From an uncultured Spirochaetaceae bacterium (GTDB taxonomy: Bacteria > Spirochaetota > Spirochaetia > SZUA-6 > DRHE01), in NCBI GenBank assembly GCA_964604845.1, contig CAZSBH010000007.1, forward strand, positions 13,215 through 77,214: a DNA stretch of 64,000 bases, given 5' to 3'. The position numbers and the translations under genes are program-made. The notes below the pieces were generated by a model. The model did not search any database and had not been told where the DNA came from. It was given only the letters and a program-made list of their open reading frames with translations. Positions 39,174-50,159 of this stretch are shown here, piece by piece. The first letter of the stretch is position 1. Every line of letters starts with the position of its first letter.

Positions 39174-41258
39174 ATGGCGGATGTAAGAGGAATACCAACA
39201 ATAACGGGTGCGCGGAGGAGCGACATATTCGTAGCCGTCGGTGTCATTGCCGTGGTGATGATGTTGATCATCCCCCTGCCCGCTTTCATCCTCGATACGC
39301 TGATGTCGGTGAACATTGTCCTGAGTCTGCTGACTATTTTGATCGTTCTCTACACGCGGCATGCCCTCGATTTCAGCGTATTTCCCACACTCCTGCTCAT
39401 CGCAACGGTTTTCGGTCTGGCTCTCAACGTCTCTTCCACCAGGTTGATCCTCTCTCAGGGCAGTCAGTTCCAAGGCAAGCTGGTACGTGCTTTCGGAACA
39501 TTTGTCGTCGGTGCGGCCGGGGTGGAGGGCTACGTAATCGGGTTGATCATCTTCGTGATCATCATCGCTGTGCAGTTCATTGTCATTACCAAGGGCTCCA
39601 CCAGGGTCGCTGAAGTGGCGGCCCGTTTTACCCTGGACGCCCTTCCCGGCAAGCAGATGGCCATCGAAGCGGAGTACAACTCGGGACTGATCACCGAAGA
39701 GGAAGCCACCCGCAAGAAAAGCGAGCTTCAGCGTGAGGCGGATTTTTACGGAGCGATGGATGGTGCCTCGAAATTTGTGGCTGGAAATGTCAAGGTGGGA
39801 ATTCTCATCACCTTGATCAACGTCATCGGCGGTATGATCGTGGGCATGACGATCCACGGGGAGTCGTTCAACGTCGCTCTGGATACCTACGTATCCCTGA
39901 CCATAGGCGACGGCCTGGTAACCCAGCTTCCCGCTCTGCTCATATCCACATCTACCGGTGTTATCGTCACCAGGGCTGTATCCGATGAATCCTTCGGCCT
40001 GGATGTAACCCGACAGTTCTCCTATCAGTCCCGTCCATATCTGATCGCCGCCGGTTTTCTAGGGGTTCTGGCCGTGCTGCCCGGATTTCCCTGGTACGTC
40101 CTGTTTCCACTTGGCGGCATGTTGGCTGGACTGGGCTTGACCCTGCGGCGGAGAAAGCAGGCGGCGGAAGAAAAAGAGAGGGTCAAGGAAGCGGAAACGC
40201 GAGCCAAGGTTGCTCCCGTAGAGATATCCCCGGTGGTGCCCCTGGATCCGCTGTCCCTCGAGATCGGCTATGGATTGATTCCTCTGGTAGACAAGGACAA
40301 GGGAGCCGAGCTGCTGGACAGAATCACCCGTATAAGGAGAGAGGCGGCCCTGGATTTAGGATTGGTGGTACCGAGGATTCGTATCATCGACAATATGCGT
40401 CTCGAACCCTCGGAATACTGCTTTAAGATAAAGGGAGTTGAAGTGGGGCGGGGGGCGATCAAGATGGGCAGCTACCTGGCGATAAATCCGGGGGGTATCA
40501 AAGAAGAGCTGGCGGGGGAACCCGCGAAGGACCCAGCCTTTGGATTGCCGGCTACCTGGATCACGGAGACAGAGCGGGAAAAAGCGGAGCGGCTGGGCTA
40601 TACCGTCGTAGATCCACCCTCGATCATCGCCACCCACCTTACCGAAATCATCAAAGCCCATGCAGGGGAGATTATTGGTCGTCAAGAGGTCCAGTCGATC
40701 CTCGATACCCTGAAAAACGACTACCCCACAGTTGTGGAGGAAGTGGCCAAAGCATTCTCTGTTGGGGAGATTCAGAAAGTACTTCAGGGATTGCTGCGCG
40801 AGCAGGTTTCCATTCGAAATATCGTGGTCGTTCTGGAAACCATGGCCGATTACGGTTCTGTGAGCAAGGACACCGCCTTTCTCGTGGAGAAGGTCAGACA
40901 GGCTCTTGGACGGCAGATCTGTTTGCACTACAGCGGTGACGATAAGACAATTCATGTGATGACCCTGGATCCGAATCTGGAGCAGAAGATCATAGAGGCC
41001 AGGGTGGACACCGCCACGGGTCCGACCGCGGCTCTCGAACCCCAGGTGCAGAGGCAATGGATTACTTCCCTGACAAATTCGGTACGAGCAGTTCAGCAGC
41101 AGGGGCACCTTCCGGTGATTCTCTGCTCCGAAGCAGCCCGACCCCTGATCAAAGGCAGTACGATACGGGAGATACCTCACCTCGTCGTTCTGTCGGTTCC
41201 GGAGATTGTTCCGGATGTAAAAATCGAAACCCTCGGTGAGATAAGGATCGAAGAATGA
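39174..41258 (+). CDS. flhA: flagellar export apparatus protein FlhA
   Basis: FHIPEP-family N-terminal membrane domain (ARFTLDALPGKQMAIEAE) and a large cytoplasmic domain. A TAA stop lies immediately upstream in frame. Confidence 0.95.
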   Translation: MADVRGIPTITGARRSDIFVAVGVIAVVMMLIIPLPAFILDTLMSVNIVLSLLTILIVLYTRHALDFSVFPTLLLIATVFGLALNVSSTRLILSQGSQFQGKLVRAFGTFVVGAAGVEGYVIGLIIFVIIIAVQFIVITKGSTRVAEVAARFTLDALPGKQMAIEAEYNSGLITEEEATRKKSELQREADFYGAMDGASKFVAGNVKVGILITLINVIGGMIVGMTIHGESFNVALDTYVSLTIGDGLVTQLPALLISTSTGVIVTRAVSDESFGLDVTRQFSYQSRPYLIAAGFLGVLAVLPGFPWYVLFPLGGMLAGLGLTLRRRKQAAEEKERVKEAETRAKVAPVEISPVVPLDPLSLEIGYGLIPLVDKDKGAELLDRITRIRREAALDLGLVVPRIRIIDNMRLEPSEYCFKIKGVEVGRGAIKMGSYLAINPGGIKEELAGEPAKDPAFGLPATWITETEREKAERLGYTVVDPPSIIATHLTEIIKAHAGEIIGRQEVQSILDTLKNDYPTVVEEVAKAFSVGEIQKVLQGLLREQVSIRNIVVVLETMADYGSVSKDTAFLVEKVRQALGRQICLHYSGDDKTIHVMTLDPNLEQKIIEARVDTATGPTAALEPQVQRQWITSLTNSVRAVQQQGHLPVILCSEAARPLIKGSTIREIPHLVVLSVPEIVPDVKIETLGEIRIEE

Positions 41259-42487
41259 TCGAGAAAGATCTGCAGTACTTCACGATCGAGGCCCCAACTC
41301 CTCGGGAAGCCCTTGAGCAGATGAGGCGACGGTACGGTCAGGAAGCGCGAATCTTGACCCACAAGAGTGTCCGCCGCGGAGGGGTTTTCGGTATGTTCGC
41401 CCGAGAGGGGGTGGAGATAACGGGGTACATCAGTCAAAAACCCAGAAACAAGCCCCCCGCCCCTTCGGCAGCTACATTGGAGGAGTCCCGGCAGAAGATA
41501 CTGGCAGACGCCCGAAAAGAGCAGTCATTGCAGTTGATTCTCAACGAGATCCAGAGCTTGAAGGAGAATCTCTCCAAAGATGATGGTGGAAAAAAATTCC
41601 CCGCCGACACGCCCGGCGGTCTGCTGCGAATCGAAAGTATCCTCCAGCACAACGACTTCTCCCCGCCGTTTATTGAAGAAATACTCGGGCGTGTCCGCAA
41701 AGAGTTCTCCCTCGAAGACCTGGACAACTTTTCCGTCCTGCAAACCCAGGTCTTGGACTGGATCGGTGACAAGGTCCAGATCTATCCAGCGCTGCAGACA
41801 CCGGAGCAGGGAGAGCAGAGTTCAAAGGTATTTATCATCGTCGGCCCAACCGGGGTGGGAAAAACCACGACGATTGCCAAGCTGGCCGCCATTTTTGGAG
41901 TCAGCGGTTCGAACTCCGCGTCTCCCAAAGCTCGGATCGTGACGATTGACAATTACCGGATCGCCGCTCTGCGGCAGATCGAGACCTACGCGGAAATCAT
42001 GAGAATACCCGTGACCTGCGTTGAAAGTGTGGGAGAGTTCAAAAAGTTCCTGGCCATGGCTGAGGGTACCGGTTTGATCTTGGTCGATACCATCGGCCGC
42101 AGTCCCCGGGATCTCTCCAAATTAGCCGAAATGAGGGATGTGCTGGACGCTGCGGGGACACGCAGCGAGATACATCTGGCCGTCAGCGCCACGACAAAGG
42201 CAACGGACGTGGAAGATATCCTGAAGACTTTTGAGCCTTTCAAATATAGAGCGGTCATTTTGACAAAAATCGATGAAACCCTCCGGATAGGGAACATCAT
42301 CAGTGTACTTGCCGCTTCTCACAAACCGATCTCCTATATCGCTGACGGACAGTCGGTTCCCCAGGATATCGAACAAGCTTCGGTGATGCGGTTGCTTATG
42401 AATCTAGATGGATTTCACATCAACCGGGAACGACTGGAAAAACGTTTTGGAGAGAGGGCGAAGATAAATGATGCATTTTGGAGTTGA
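41255..42487 (+). CDS. flhF: flagellar biosynthesis GTPase FlhF
   Basis: SRP-type GTPase motifs [29 protein letters not shown]. Confidence 0.9.
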   Translation: MIEKDLQYFTIEAPTPREALEQMRRRYGQEARILTHKSVRRGGVFGMFAREGVEITGYISQKPRNKPPAPSAATLEESRQKILADARKEQSLQLILNEIQSLKENLSKDDGGKKFPADTPGGLLRIESILQHNDFSPPFIEEILGRVRKEFSLEDLDNFSVLQTQVLDWIGDKVQIYPALQTPEQGEQSSKVFIIVGPTGVGKTTTIAKLAAIFGVSGSNSASPKARIVTIDNYRIAALRQIETYAEIMRIPVTCVESVGEFKKFLAMAEGTGLILVDTIGRSPRDLSKLAEMRDVLDAAGTRSEIHLAVSATTKATDVEDILKTFEPFKYRAVILTKIDETLRIGNIISVLAASHKPISYIADGQSVPQDIEQASVMRLLMNLDGFHINRERLEKRFGERAKINDAFWS

Positions 42488-43368
42488 CAGTGGCTGATCA
42501 GGCGGAGAAACTACGAGAGATCATGCGTAACAAGCAACCTTCATCCCGGGTCGAAAGCTCGCCCCCACAGAAAGCTTCCCGCATCATCTCCGTTTCCAGT
42601 GGAAAGGGAGGGGTGGGTAAGACCAATATTGCAATTAATCTTGCCCTGGCCTACGCGAAATTGGGGAAGAAAGTCATAGTCCTGGACGCGGATCTCGGCC
42701 TGGCAAACGTGAATGTCGTCCTGGGAGTGATTCCCCGCTATAACCTGTACCACCTGATTCGGCAGCAGAAAAAGATGAGAGATATACTTCTCGACACTAC
42801 ATACGGGATTCAGATAGTTGCCGGGGCCAGTGGTTTTTCCAAGATTGCCAATCTTTCCGAAGAGGAGCGTAAGGGTTTCATCGAGGAGCTCTACGAGCTG
42901 TCCAGCGCCGATATCATCATTATAGATACAAGCGCGGGGGTCTCCAACAATGTGTTGACTTTTGTGGCGGCCTCGGATGACGTGATTATCGTGACCACCC
43001 CGGAACCTACAGCCATAACCGACGCTTACGGAATAGTGAAGATCATAGCCACTGAGATCGATAATCTCGATTTGGGGTTGAAGCTGGTGGTTAATCGGGT
43101 CAAGTCGGTAACGGAAGGCAGAAAGGTAGCAGAAAGGGTGATCAACATCGCGGGACAATTCTTGAACATCAAGCTGGATTATCTTGGCTTCGTGTATGAG
43201 GATATTCTCGTTCAAACCGCCGTGATCAAGCAAAGACCCTTTCTGACTCTGGATCCGAAGAGCAAAGCCTCTATTTGTATCGACCATATTGTTCGTCGTT
43301 TGGAAAACATGGATTTTAAGGAGGGAAGCGGGATCTCCAAGTTTCTAAAAAAATTCTTTGGTGCTTAG
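42478..43368 (+). CDS. flhG: MinD-type ATPase FlhG (YlxH/FlbE)
   Basis: Deviant Walker [17 protein letters not shown], then [13 protein letters not shown]. Sits after flhF. Confidence 0.85.
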   Translation: MELTVADQAEKLREIMRNKQPSSRVESSPPQKASRIISVSSGKGGVGKTNIAINLALAYAKLGKKVIVLDADLGLANVNVVLGVIPRYNLYHLIRQQKKMRDILLDTTYGIQIVAGASGFSKIANLSEEERKGFIEELYELSSADIIIIDTSAGVSNNVLTFVAASDDVIIVTTPEPTAITDAYGIVKIIATEIDNLDLGLKLVVNRVKSVTEGRKVAERVINIAGQFLNIKLDYLGFVYEDILVQTAVIKQRPFLTLDPKSKASICIDHIVRRLENMDFKEGSGISKFLKKFFGA

Positions 43369-43463
43369 GATTTAGGATCGAGGGTTTTCGAGGCTATCTG
43401 ACGTGCCTTGACGACCGATTTTATTTCCCCTAAGCTTTTCGAAGAGAATAGGCAGGGCAAGGA

Positions 43464-44096
43464 ATGACAAATTGGAAAATACCAGCCGGGTTCGCTGCCT
43501 TTGGTTCCCTCGTGTCGCTCGCCGCCGGAATCATCGGAGGGAATCCTGTCGGCGTTATTCTCCTCAGGTTGGTCCTGTCGGCGGTGGTTTGTGCAGGTTT
43601 GGGTCTGATCGTCAACGTTATCCTGAAAAAATACCTCCCCGAACTCTCCACCTCTGCTACCCCTGCGACGGTTGATGCGGCAACGGGAGAGGAGGTGGAT
43701 ATCGTCATCGATGAAGATATCCCTATCGAAGTAGAGGGTCTGGTGCAGGAGGTCGCCGAGCCTGAAGGAGAGCAGGCAGAGGAAGAAGCGGAACTTGTCT
43801 TGGCCGAGGAAGGCGTGGATGAGGAGTCTGAGCAGATGGAAGTCCTGCCCGAGGAGACGGGAATCCCGGAACCTTCCGGCGAGCAAGCCCCGGACTCAGC
43901 CGCGCTGTCCCCGGTAACCGACTTTGAGGATCTTGATACGCTGCCCGATATCGACCTGTTCAGTCAAGCTGCCGAAGAAAGCTCACCCGCACCGAAAGAG
44001 TCGAGGAGGAACGCCCAGGTAGAAGCGGTGGTTAAAGATCAGGACCCGGAGAACCTGGCCCGGGCGGTACGGACATTTATGAAAAAGGACCAATAG
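43464..44096 (+). CDS. hypothetical membrane protein with long acidic C-terminal region
   Basis: Two predicted TM helices, then an about 110-aa run rich in E/D/P/A, then a short basic end ([12 protein letters not shown]). I recognise no family. Confidence 0.5.
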   Translation: MTNWKIPAGFAAFGSLVSLAAGIIGGNPVGVILLRLVLSAVVCAGLGLIVNVILKKYLPELSTSATPATVDAATGEEVDIVIDEDIPIEVEGLVQEVAEPEGEQAEEEAELVLAEEGVDEESEQMEVLPEETGIPEPSGEQAPDSAALSPVTDFEDLDTLPDIDLFSQAAEESSPAPKESRRNAQVEAVVKDQDPENLARAVRTFMKKDQ

Positions 44097-44106
44097 AGAG
44101 CAAGCT

Positions 44107-44895
44107 ATGACTGAAATCATGTTAGAAGGTAAGACGGAGGAGGATCTTTGGCGGGTTTATAAAAAGAAGAGGGATACAAAGATCCGCGACTTCTTCGTAA
44201 AACAGTACGCCCCTTTGGTCAAGTATGTTGCCGGTAAAGTTGCCATCGGCATGCCCAACAACGTTGAATTCGATGACCTGGTTGGATTCGGTGTGTTCGG
44301 TCTCTTCGATGCCATAGAAAAATTCGATCCAGACAAGCATGTCAAGTTCAAGACTTATGCGGTAACCCGGATACGGGGTGCGATATTCGACGAGCTGCGT
44401 ACGATAGACTGGGTTCCCCGATCGGTTCGGCAGAAGACTCGCGAGGTAGAGGAGACCATCCGCAAACTCGAAGCGTCCCTGGGCCGAGCAGCCTCGGATG
44501 AAGAGATAGCCAAATCCATGCGGATCGAGATGAAGGATTTCCACCACCTCATGTTGAAAATTTCCGGAACCTCGGTTCTGTCTCTGAACGAGGTGTGGTA
44601 CAGCGGCGAGGACAACGACAAGATGTCCATCGTCGAAAGTATCGAGAGCCCTTCATCGCTGAATCCCGACAGCATCGTTGAAAAAGAGGAGATCAAGAGG
44701 ATCATCGTAGAGGCGATCAATGAGCTGCCGGAAAAGGAGAAGAAGGTTCTCGTTCTGTACTATTATGAGGATCTAACCTTGAAGGAGATCGGGGAAGTGC
44801 TCGAAGTGACGGAATCCCGAATCTCCCAACTTCACACAAAAGCGATACTCAGACTCCGGGCAAAGCTCTCCCACATCAAGAAGGGGATTCTATGA
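44107..44895 (+). CDS. fliA: flagellar sigma factor FliA/WhiG (sigma-28)
   Basis: Region 2 ([20 protein letters not shown]...[13 protein letters not shown]), region 3, and region 4 HTH ([21 protein letters not shown]). Confidence 0.9.
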   Translation: MTEIMLEGKTEEDLWRVYKKKRDTKIRDFFVKQYAPLVKYVAGKVAIGMPNNVEFDDLVGFGVFGLFDAIEKFDPDKHVKFKTYAVTRIRGAIFDELRTIDWVPRSVRQKTREVEETIRKLEASLGRAASDEEIAKSMRIEMKDFHHLMLKISGTSVLSLNEVWYSGEDNDKMSIVESIESPSSLNPDSIVEKEEIKRIIVEAINELPEKEKKVLVLYYYEDLTLKEIGEVLEVTESRISQLHTKAILRLRAKLSHIKKGIL

Positions 44896-46853
44896 TCACC
44901 CTTGAATCAGTACGGGAATACATGCGGGATCAGCTGGAGAGGGACCGCGCCAAACAAGCCGTGAAAGTCAGTGGAGCAAGCATAGAAGAGGCGCTCGGAC
45001 AAGCTGCGATAGAACTAGGAATGCCGGTAAAGCATCTGGAGTACGAGATTGTTGAACAAGGGATGAAGGGCGTGCTTGGCGTCGGCAGGAAGGATTGGAT
45101 CATCCTGGCCTACCCCGGGGTGGCGAAGAGTGAATCCGCCGGAGAGAGTGCAGGAGAGCTGGGAGCAGCGGAGGGAAAAGCGGAGGAAGTTGTAGTCGAT
45201 AAGGATGCGGAAGTTTTTGTCCGCTTGACCTCTGAAGGAGTATTTCTCAAAGTGACGAAACCATCGGGCAGGGGGAGCAAGGTTCAAGAACGCCGGGCAC
45301 TGGAGAAGCTCTCTCTCCGTGGGGTAACAAACTTTGATACCGGTCTGGTCTCAAAGGTCATACGCCATGCAGATGGTGAGTATATAAAAATAGGAGACTA
45401 TCAGTTCAATCCGGTCAACCAGTCGACCCTGTCCGTTGATATAACCGACATGGAGATGAAAGCATATATAGCGGTGACACAGCCGGGGCCGGGTGGTGCC
45501 GATCTCTCCTTCGACGAAATCAGAGGATTGGTGCACTCCGCGGGGGTGGTCCACGGAATCAACGATGAGGCAATTAGAAGGCTCATCGATTATCCCAGTT
45601 ACAATGACAGAGTGCAGGTTGCCGAAGGAACAAAGCCGGAGAATGGCGCTGATGCCGAGATCCTGTACAACTTCAACGTATACCGCGAGGAGGTGCAGCT
45701 AAAAGAGAAAAACGGCCGGGTGGATTTCCGCGAGCTGAATTTAGTGGAAAACGTTGAAGCGGGTCAAATTCTTGCAACCAAGAAGCCCCCTGAGGAGGGA
45801 GTAGCGGGCCGTACCGTTACCGGGAAGATTCTGCCGGCAAAACCGGGGAAAAAAGTTCAGATCGAGATTGGAAAGAACGTCAAGTTGTCCGATGATGGAA
45901 TGAGCGCCGTTTCCACAATCAACGGGCAGGTTTTACTGATCGGCGGCAAGATCAACGTGGAGCCCATCTATACCGTTGAGGGGGATGTCAACTTCAAAAC
46001 AGGCAACATTCTGTTCCTCGGCACTGTATTTGTGAAGGGAAATGTCGAGGACGGGTTTACCGTAAAGGCAGCGGGCAATATCGAGGTGATGGGGAGCGTG
46101 GGCAAGTGTGTTCTCGATGCGGAAGGCGAGATAATCGTACATCAGGGGATCCTTGGTAAAAGCGAAGGGAAAGTACGGGCGGGAAGTAATCTCTTTGCCA
46201 AGTTTATCGAGAACGCTCGGGTTGAAGTGGATGAAAATGTCCTGGTCAGCGACGGTATCATACATTCCTTCGTGGATGCCAACAAACGGATCCTCTGCCA
46301 AGGCAAGCGTGCCTCTATTGTAGGGGGACGGCTGCGGGCGTCCAATGAAATACATGCCAAGACTCTTGGTTCGGTGGCCGGGACGGAGACGATTTTGGAA
46401 GTCGGGATTGACCCGAAGCGCAAGGAAAAACTGTCCCAGGCCCTGCATCGTAAAGGAGAGTTGGAAAAAGAACTCGAGGAGCTGGTCAGGAATATTAGTA
46501 CTTTTGAGAATCTCAAGAAGGTTCAGCGGGATTTTTCCGAAGACAAACAGAAGAATCTCGTCGAGCTCAATGATAAGCGGTCGCAGATTCTCCAGGAGCT
46601 GGAAGAGATCAATGGGGTAACAGCTGAGATAAACACCTACCTCCAGACCATCAAAGTCAGCGGGAAGGTATCCGCATCCGATCATGTATTTCCGGGTGTA
46701 AAAATTTTTATAAAGAACGAGAGCCTGATCGTTCGCAACGAGTTCAAGAGTGTTACCTTCTGTCTCGAGGAAAAAGAGATCCGTATGACGAAGTACGAAC
46801 CTATGGATCAGATATTCTCTCGGAAACTTGCCCATGCCCCTTCTACCCATTGA
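44892..46853 (+). CDS. FapA/DUF342-family flagellar-associated protein with Jag_N-like N-terminus
   Basis: Beta-helix repeats [28 protein letters not shown]...[22 protein letters not shown]...[19 protein letters not shown], then a coiled coil, typical of DUF342. N-terminal [26 protein letters not shown] is Jag_N-like. Confidence 0.8.
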   Translation: MITLESVREYMRDQLERDRAKQAVKVSGASIEEALGQAAIELGMPVKHLEYEIVEQGMKGVLGVGRKDWIILAYPGVAKSESAGESAGELGAAEGKAEEVVVDKDAEVFVRLTSEGVFLKVTKPSGRGSKVQERRALEKLSLRGVTNFDTGLVSKVIRHADGEYIKIGDYQFNPVNQSTLSVDITDMEMKAYIAVTQPGPGGADLSFDEIRGLVHSAGVVHGINDEAIRRLIDYPSYNDRVQVAEGTKPENGADAEILYNFNVYREEVQLKEKNGRVDFRELNLVENVEAGQILATKKPPEEGVAGRTVTGKILPAKPGKKVQIEIGKNVKLSDDGMSAVSTINGQVLLIGGKINVEPIYTVEGDVNFKTGNILFLGTVFVKGNVEDGFTVKAAGNIEVMGSVGKCVLDAEGEIIVHQGILGKSEGKVRAGSNLFAKFIENARVEVDENVLVSDGIIHSFVDANKRILCQGKRASIVGGRLRASNEIHAKTLGSVAGTETILEVGIDPKRKEKLSQALHRKGELEKELEELVRNISTFENLKKVQRDFSEDKQKNLVELNDKRSQILQELEEINGVTAEINTYLQTIKVSGKVSASDHVFPGVKIFIKNESLIVRNEFKSVTFCLEEKEIRMTKYEPMDQIFSRKLAHAPSTH

Positions 46854-47163
46854 TCTTCAGATCATGTTCAGTCAGCTGAGCCACGTCGGCAAGGAGCAGG
46901 CGGTTCAGCGGGATGTAATGCCTCAGTACCAGTTCGTTCAGGGTACGGAGATGGTCCAGAAGGCGGCCCATGACGATAGTGCTGTGAATCAATCCCAGCA
47001 AGTAGGGGAGGGGCCTGAGAAAACCAAAGAACAGGAGGAGCGGGAGAAGCGCAAGCACTCCCAGGGACAGGCGAATTCCGATGCGCGAGGTTCCGGTAGC
47101 GAAGAGGAGAAACAAATCTTCGAAGATCCTGATCTCGGTCATCACGTAGACCTTGTCGGGTAA
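46828..47163 (+). CDS. small hypothetical protein (conserved-looking N-terminus, charged disordered tail)
   Basis: 111-aa ORF overlapping the end of the DUF342 gene, co-directional and tightly packed. I recognise no family. Start uncertain: 46828, or the ATG at 46864. Confidence 0.4.
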   Translation: MPMPLLPIDLQIMFSQLSHVGKEQAVQRDVMPQYQFVQGTEMVQKAAHDDSAVNQSQQVGEGPEKTKEQEEREKRKHSQGQANSDARGSGSEEEKQIFEDPDLGHHVDLVG

Positions 47164-47181
47164 AATGGGAGCCGATACCTT

Positions 47182-47637
47182 TTGGAACGCCTTATTCTGT
47201 ACAGCGCTCTCCTCATCGCCGGTTTTTTTGTTGTTTATTTGATCCTCAAACAACAGTTGAGCAAATCCTTCGATCCCCAAACGGTCCTGGAATCGATCAG
47301 GGAGGAGGTCGACAGAATCATTGTCGAGCTCAACTCCACGACAGACAGAAATATCACTCTGCTGGAAGATAAAGTTCGGAGTCTTACGTCGTTGATCGAG
47401 CAGGCGGATAAAAAAATCAGTATATTGCGTCGAGAAATAGAGAAGCACGAATTAGCGGGCAAGGTTTATTCTGAGCTGGCCGGGAAACGGATCCAGGAAC
47501 CGGAGGAGCAGGACGTCCACGCCCAGGCTGTGCAGCTGCATAGACAAGGAATCTCGGTCCCGGTGATCGCCAAACGTCTTGGTATAACTCTTGCGGAGAT
47601 CGAGCTGATAATATCGCTGGCAAACAAGAACCGATAA
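47182..47637 (+). CDS. membrane-anchored coiled-coil protein with C-terminal HTH-like motif (DUF2802/DUF6115-like)
   Basis: TTG start behind GGGAG. TM LILYSALLIAGFFVVYLIL, a coiled coil, and the end QGISVPVIAKRLGITLAEIELIISL, which resembles the DUF2802 tail found beside cheW/fliA in other phyla. Confidence 0.5.
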   Translation: MERLILYSALLIAGFFVVYLILKQQLSKSFDPQTVLESIREEVDRIIVELNSTTDRNITLLEDKVRSLTSLIEQADKKISILRREIEKHELAGKVYSELAGKRIQEPEEQDVHAQAVQLHRQGISVPVIAKRLGITLAEIELIISLANKNR

Positions 47638-47653
47638 CCCGACAAGGTAGGTA

Positions 47654-48097
47654 ATGGGCAAGAAATATATAGTTTTCCAGATCGGTGAAGGTCATTATGC
47701 GATCCCACTGACCGAGGTCTCCCAGATCATTCGTCATGAAAATGTCACAGACGTTCCGACGGCTCCTTCCTTTGTGGAAGGAGTCATCAATATAGGCGGG
47801 GAGGTAATCCCAGTTATCAATCTGCGTAGTCGTTTCTCCCTGTCCGCTGCGGAAATCACTCGCAAGAACAGGGTGATCATCGTCCAGCGGCAGGACAGTC
47901 GCTACGGAGTACTGGTTGACAGCGTTCGGGAGATCCTTGATCTTGACGAAAACAGCATCGCACCGGAAGCCGCGTCCGTATTCGGTATGAAGGCTGAGTT
48001 CGTTCGGGGGATCGCGAAAATCCGCGACAATGTGCTCGTGCTGCTGGATATCTTCAAAGTCCTCTCGATCGCTCCCGAGGTATCGATCAAGGAGTAG
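47654..48097 (+). CDS. cheW: chemotaxis coupling protein CheW
   Basis: YIVFQIGEGHYAIPLTEVSQII...INIGGEVIPVINLR... is the CheW fold pattern. Confidence 0.9.
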   Translation: MGKKYIVFQIGEGHYAIPLTEVSQIIRHENVTDVPTAPSFVEGVINIGGEVIPVINLRSRFSLSAAEITRKNRVIIVQRQDSRYGVLVDSVREILDLDENSIAPEAASVFGMKAEFVRGIAKIRDNVLVLLDIFKVLSIAPEVSIKE

Positions 48098-48104
48098 GGG
48101 AGAA

Positions 48105-50159
48105 ATGACGTTCTCAGGGCTTGACGAGCGAAAACTTCTGCGGGCATTTCTCGAAGAATCGGAAGAACTGCTGGAAAAACTAAACGACAATCTCCTGCAG
48201 TTGGAGAGAGACGCCAGCAATCCCGATTCGATAAACGAAATATTCCGGCTGACCCATTCCTTGAAGTCCGAGTCTGCCTTGCTCGGATTTGTCCGCTTGA
48301 GCGAGCTCGCTCATCACCTCGAGGATGTATTCGACGCCCTCCGCTCGGGAAGGATATCTCTATCCAGACCGCTGATGGATGCCATCTTCTCAGCTTCGGA
48401 TTTGATACACGAGATCATAACAAGAATCTCTATAGGAAAAAGCGATGAAGAGGTAGACAGCCGATCGCTCATAAGAGAGCTGAAACAGCTGGCAGAACTT
48501 GCTCCGGAGATCGGAACCCAGGAGCATGGAGCAGTTACTCTGGATGGAGCCGAACGGTTCGGCGACGGGGAATTGGTTTTAGGGGATTTTCAGAATTTCC
48601 AGATCATAGAAGCCCTTGAACGGGGAGAGCAGATATACAAGTTGACCGTCAAGGTTTCAGAGGAGGCGGAAATTAAGTATCCTCGGGTCTACCTTGTTTT
48701 CAATACCCTGGAAAAGATCGCCAACGTCATCCAGACGGTCCCGAGCATGTCGGTACCCCAGGATGACCAGCTGTATCGGCAACTCACCGTGCTGCTTTCT
48801 TCGGAACTGGATGAGGAGGAGATTTTCAAGGCATGTTCCGTGGACCTGATCGAGAGCCATGAGCTTGAAGTCTGGGACAAGGCGAGAATCCAGGAGGCCG
48901 TTTCGGCAAGTCGAGGCGAGGAGACGGCACGTTCGGTTGCGGCGGCACAGACCTCCGGCGCCGGCCGTATAGAGGGTACATCGATCCGGGTGGACACGAA
49001 TAAACTGAACGAGATATGGCAATTGGTGGGTGAACTGACCATCTACAAGGCTCAGTTGTCCCAGCTGCACGACAACGTAGCTCGTCGGAAAGGCAATGAA
49101 TCGATCAAGGGTGAAGTCGAGCGTGCCTCGGATTCCCTTGAAAGGATTACCACGGAGATGCAGCAGGCGATCATGGAAACCAGGATGGTGCCGATCGCAG
49201 TGCTGTTCAATAAATTTCCGCGCCTGGTCCGGGATCTATCCCGCAAACTGGGTAAAAATGTGGACCTTGAAATTCACGGCGCGGACACGGAAATAGACAG
49301 GACCATCATCGAAGTGCTGTCCGATCCTCTGACTCATATTATCCGAAACTCCCTGGATCACGGCCTGGAAGGACCCGAGGATCGACGGGCGGCGGAGAAA
49401 GAAGAGGTGGGCCATATCATGATCTCCGCCCATCAGCAGGGAGGCCAGGTGGTCATAGAAATCGCCGATGACGGGCGGGGACTGGACGTCAACAAAATAA
49501 GGCAGAAAGCAGGGATCACTTCCGAAGTGAGTGACGAGGAGGCGGTTCAACACATCTTCTCGCCGGGATTCAGTACTAAGGAGGATATTACGGATCTATC
49601 CGGCAGAGGTGTCGGAATGGACGTAGTTGCCACCCGAATCCGGGAAGTCTTGAAAGGTGAGGTGAAAGTGCGCAGCGAGGCTGGTAAAGGCACCCTGATT
49701 CGAATCCTCCTGCCCCTGACTCTCACGATTCTCCACTCTCTGGTTATTTCCTGCGCCGGCTATCACTACGCGATTCCGGTTCAGGACATCGATGAAACCG
49801 TCAAAGTTCTTGAAGAGGAAATCTTGTCAAAAGAGGGGGGTGACGTATACTCCTATGAAGGCAGGGCGGTGCCTCTACTCAGGCTCGACTCAGTACTTCT
49901 CGGACCGTCTGAGGATCAGCACAATCGGAGTAGAGAACACAACGGGGTAGTCGTTGAGCAACGACGCGGAAAAGTCTGCCTGCTCGTGGATGAGCTGGTT
50001 GAAGAGGAGGATTTAGTTATCAAACCCATCTCTGAGTTGCTCAATCACCGTAGACTATTTTCAGGGGTATCGGTACTCGGTGACGGGGAAATCATATTCA
50101 TCCTCGACACGGCCAGAATCATGGAAATTATAGAGTTCGGGGGCTTCGATGCCATTTAG
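48105..50159 (+). CDS. cheA: chemotaxis histidine kinase CheA
   Basis: Hpt (FRLTHSLKSES), dimerisation domain, HATPase (DPLTHIIRNSLDHG, DDGRGLD, GRGVGMDVV) and C-terminal CheW-like domain. ATG 48105 sits behind GGAGTAGGGGAG. Confidence 0.95.
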   Translation: MTFSGLDERKLLRAFLEESEELLEKLNDNLLQLERDASNPDSINEIFRLTHSLKSESALLGFVRLSELAHHLEDVFDALRSGRISLSRPLMDAIFSASDLIHEIITRISIGKSDEEVDSRSLIRELKQLAELAPEIGTQEHGAVTLDGAERFGDGELVLGDFQNFQIIEALERGEQIYKLTVKVSEEAEIKYPRVYLVFNTLEKIANVIQTVPSMSVPQDDQLYRQLTVLLSSELDEEEIFKACSVDLIESHELEVWDKARIQEAVSASRGEETARSVAAAQTSGAGRIEGTSIRVDTNKLNEIWQLVGELTIYKAQLSQLHDNVARRKGNESIKGEVERASDSLERITTEMQQAIMETRMVPIAVLFNKFPRLVRDLSRKLGKNVDLEIHGADTEIDRTIIEVLSDPLTHIIRNSLDHGLEGPEDRRAAEKEEVGHIMISAHQQGGQVVIEIADDGRGLDVNKIRQKAGITSEVSDEEAVQHIFSPGFSTKEDITDLSGRGVGMDVVATRIREVLKGEVKVRSEAGKGTLIRILLPLTLTILHSLVISCAGYHYAIPVQDIDETVKVLEEEILSKEGGDVYSYEGRAVPLLRLDSVLLGPSEDQHNRSREHNGVVVEQRRGKVCLLVDELVEEEDLVIKPISELLNHRRLFSGVSVLGDGEIIFILDTARIMEIIEFGGFDAI

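Noticed and set aside
47609-47637. Sigma-28-like -10 element (ACCGATAA) just before cheW, and GCCGATAC at 47171-47178
   Set aside because: No TAAA -35 element lies at the required spacing of about 15 nt (the best is TAAT at 17 nt). The second site lies 4 nt from a start codon. The matches are too weak to call promoters.
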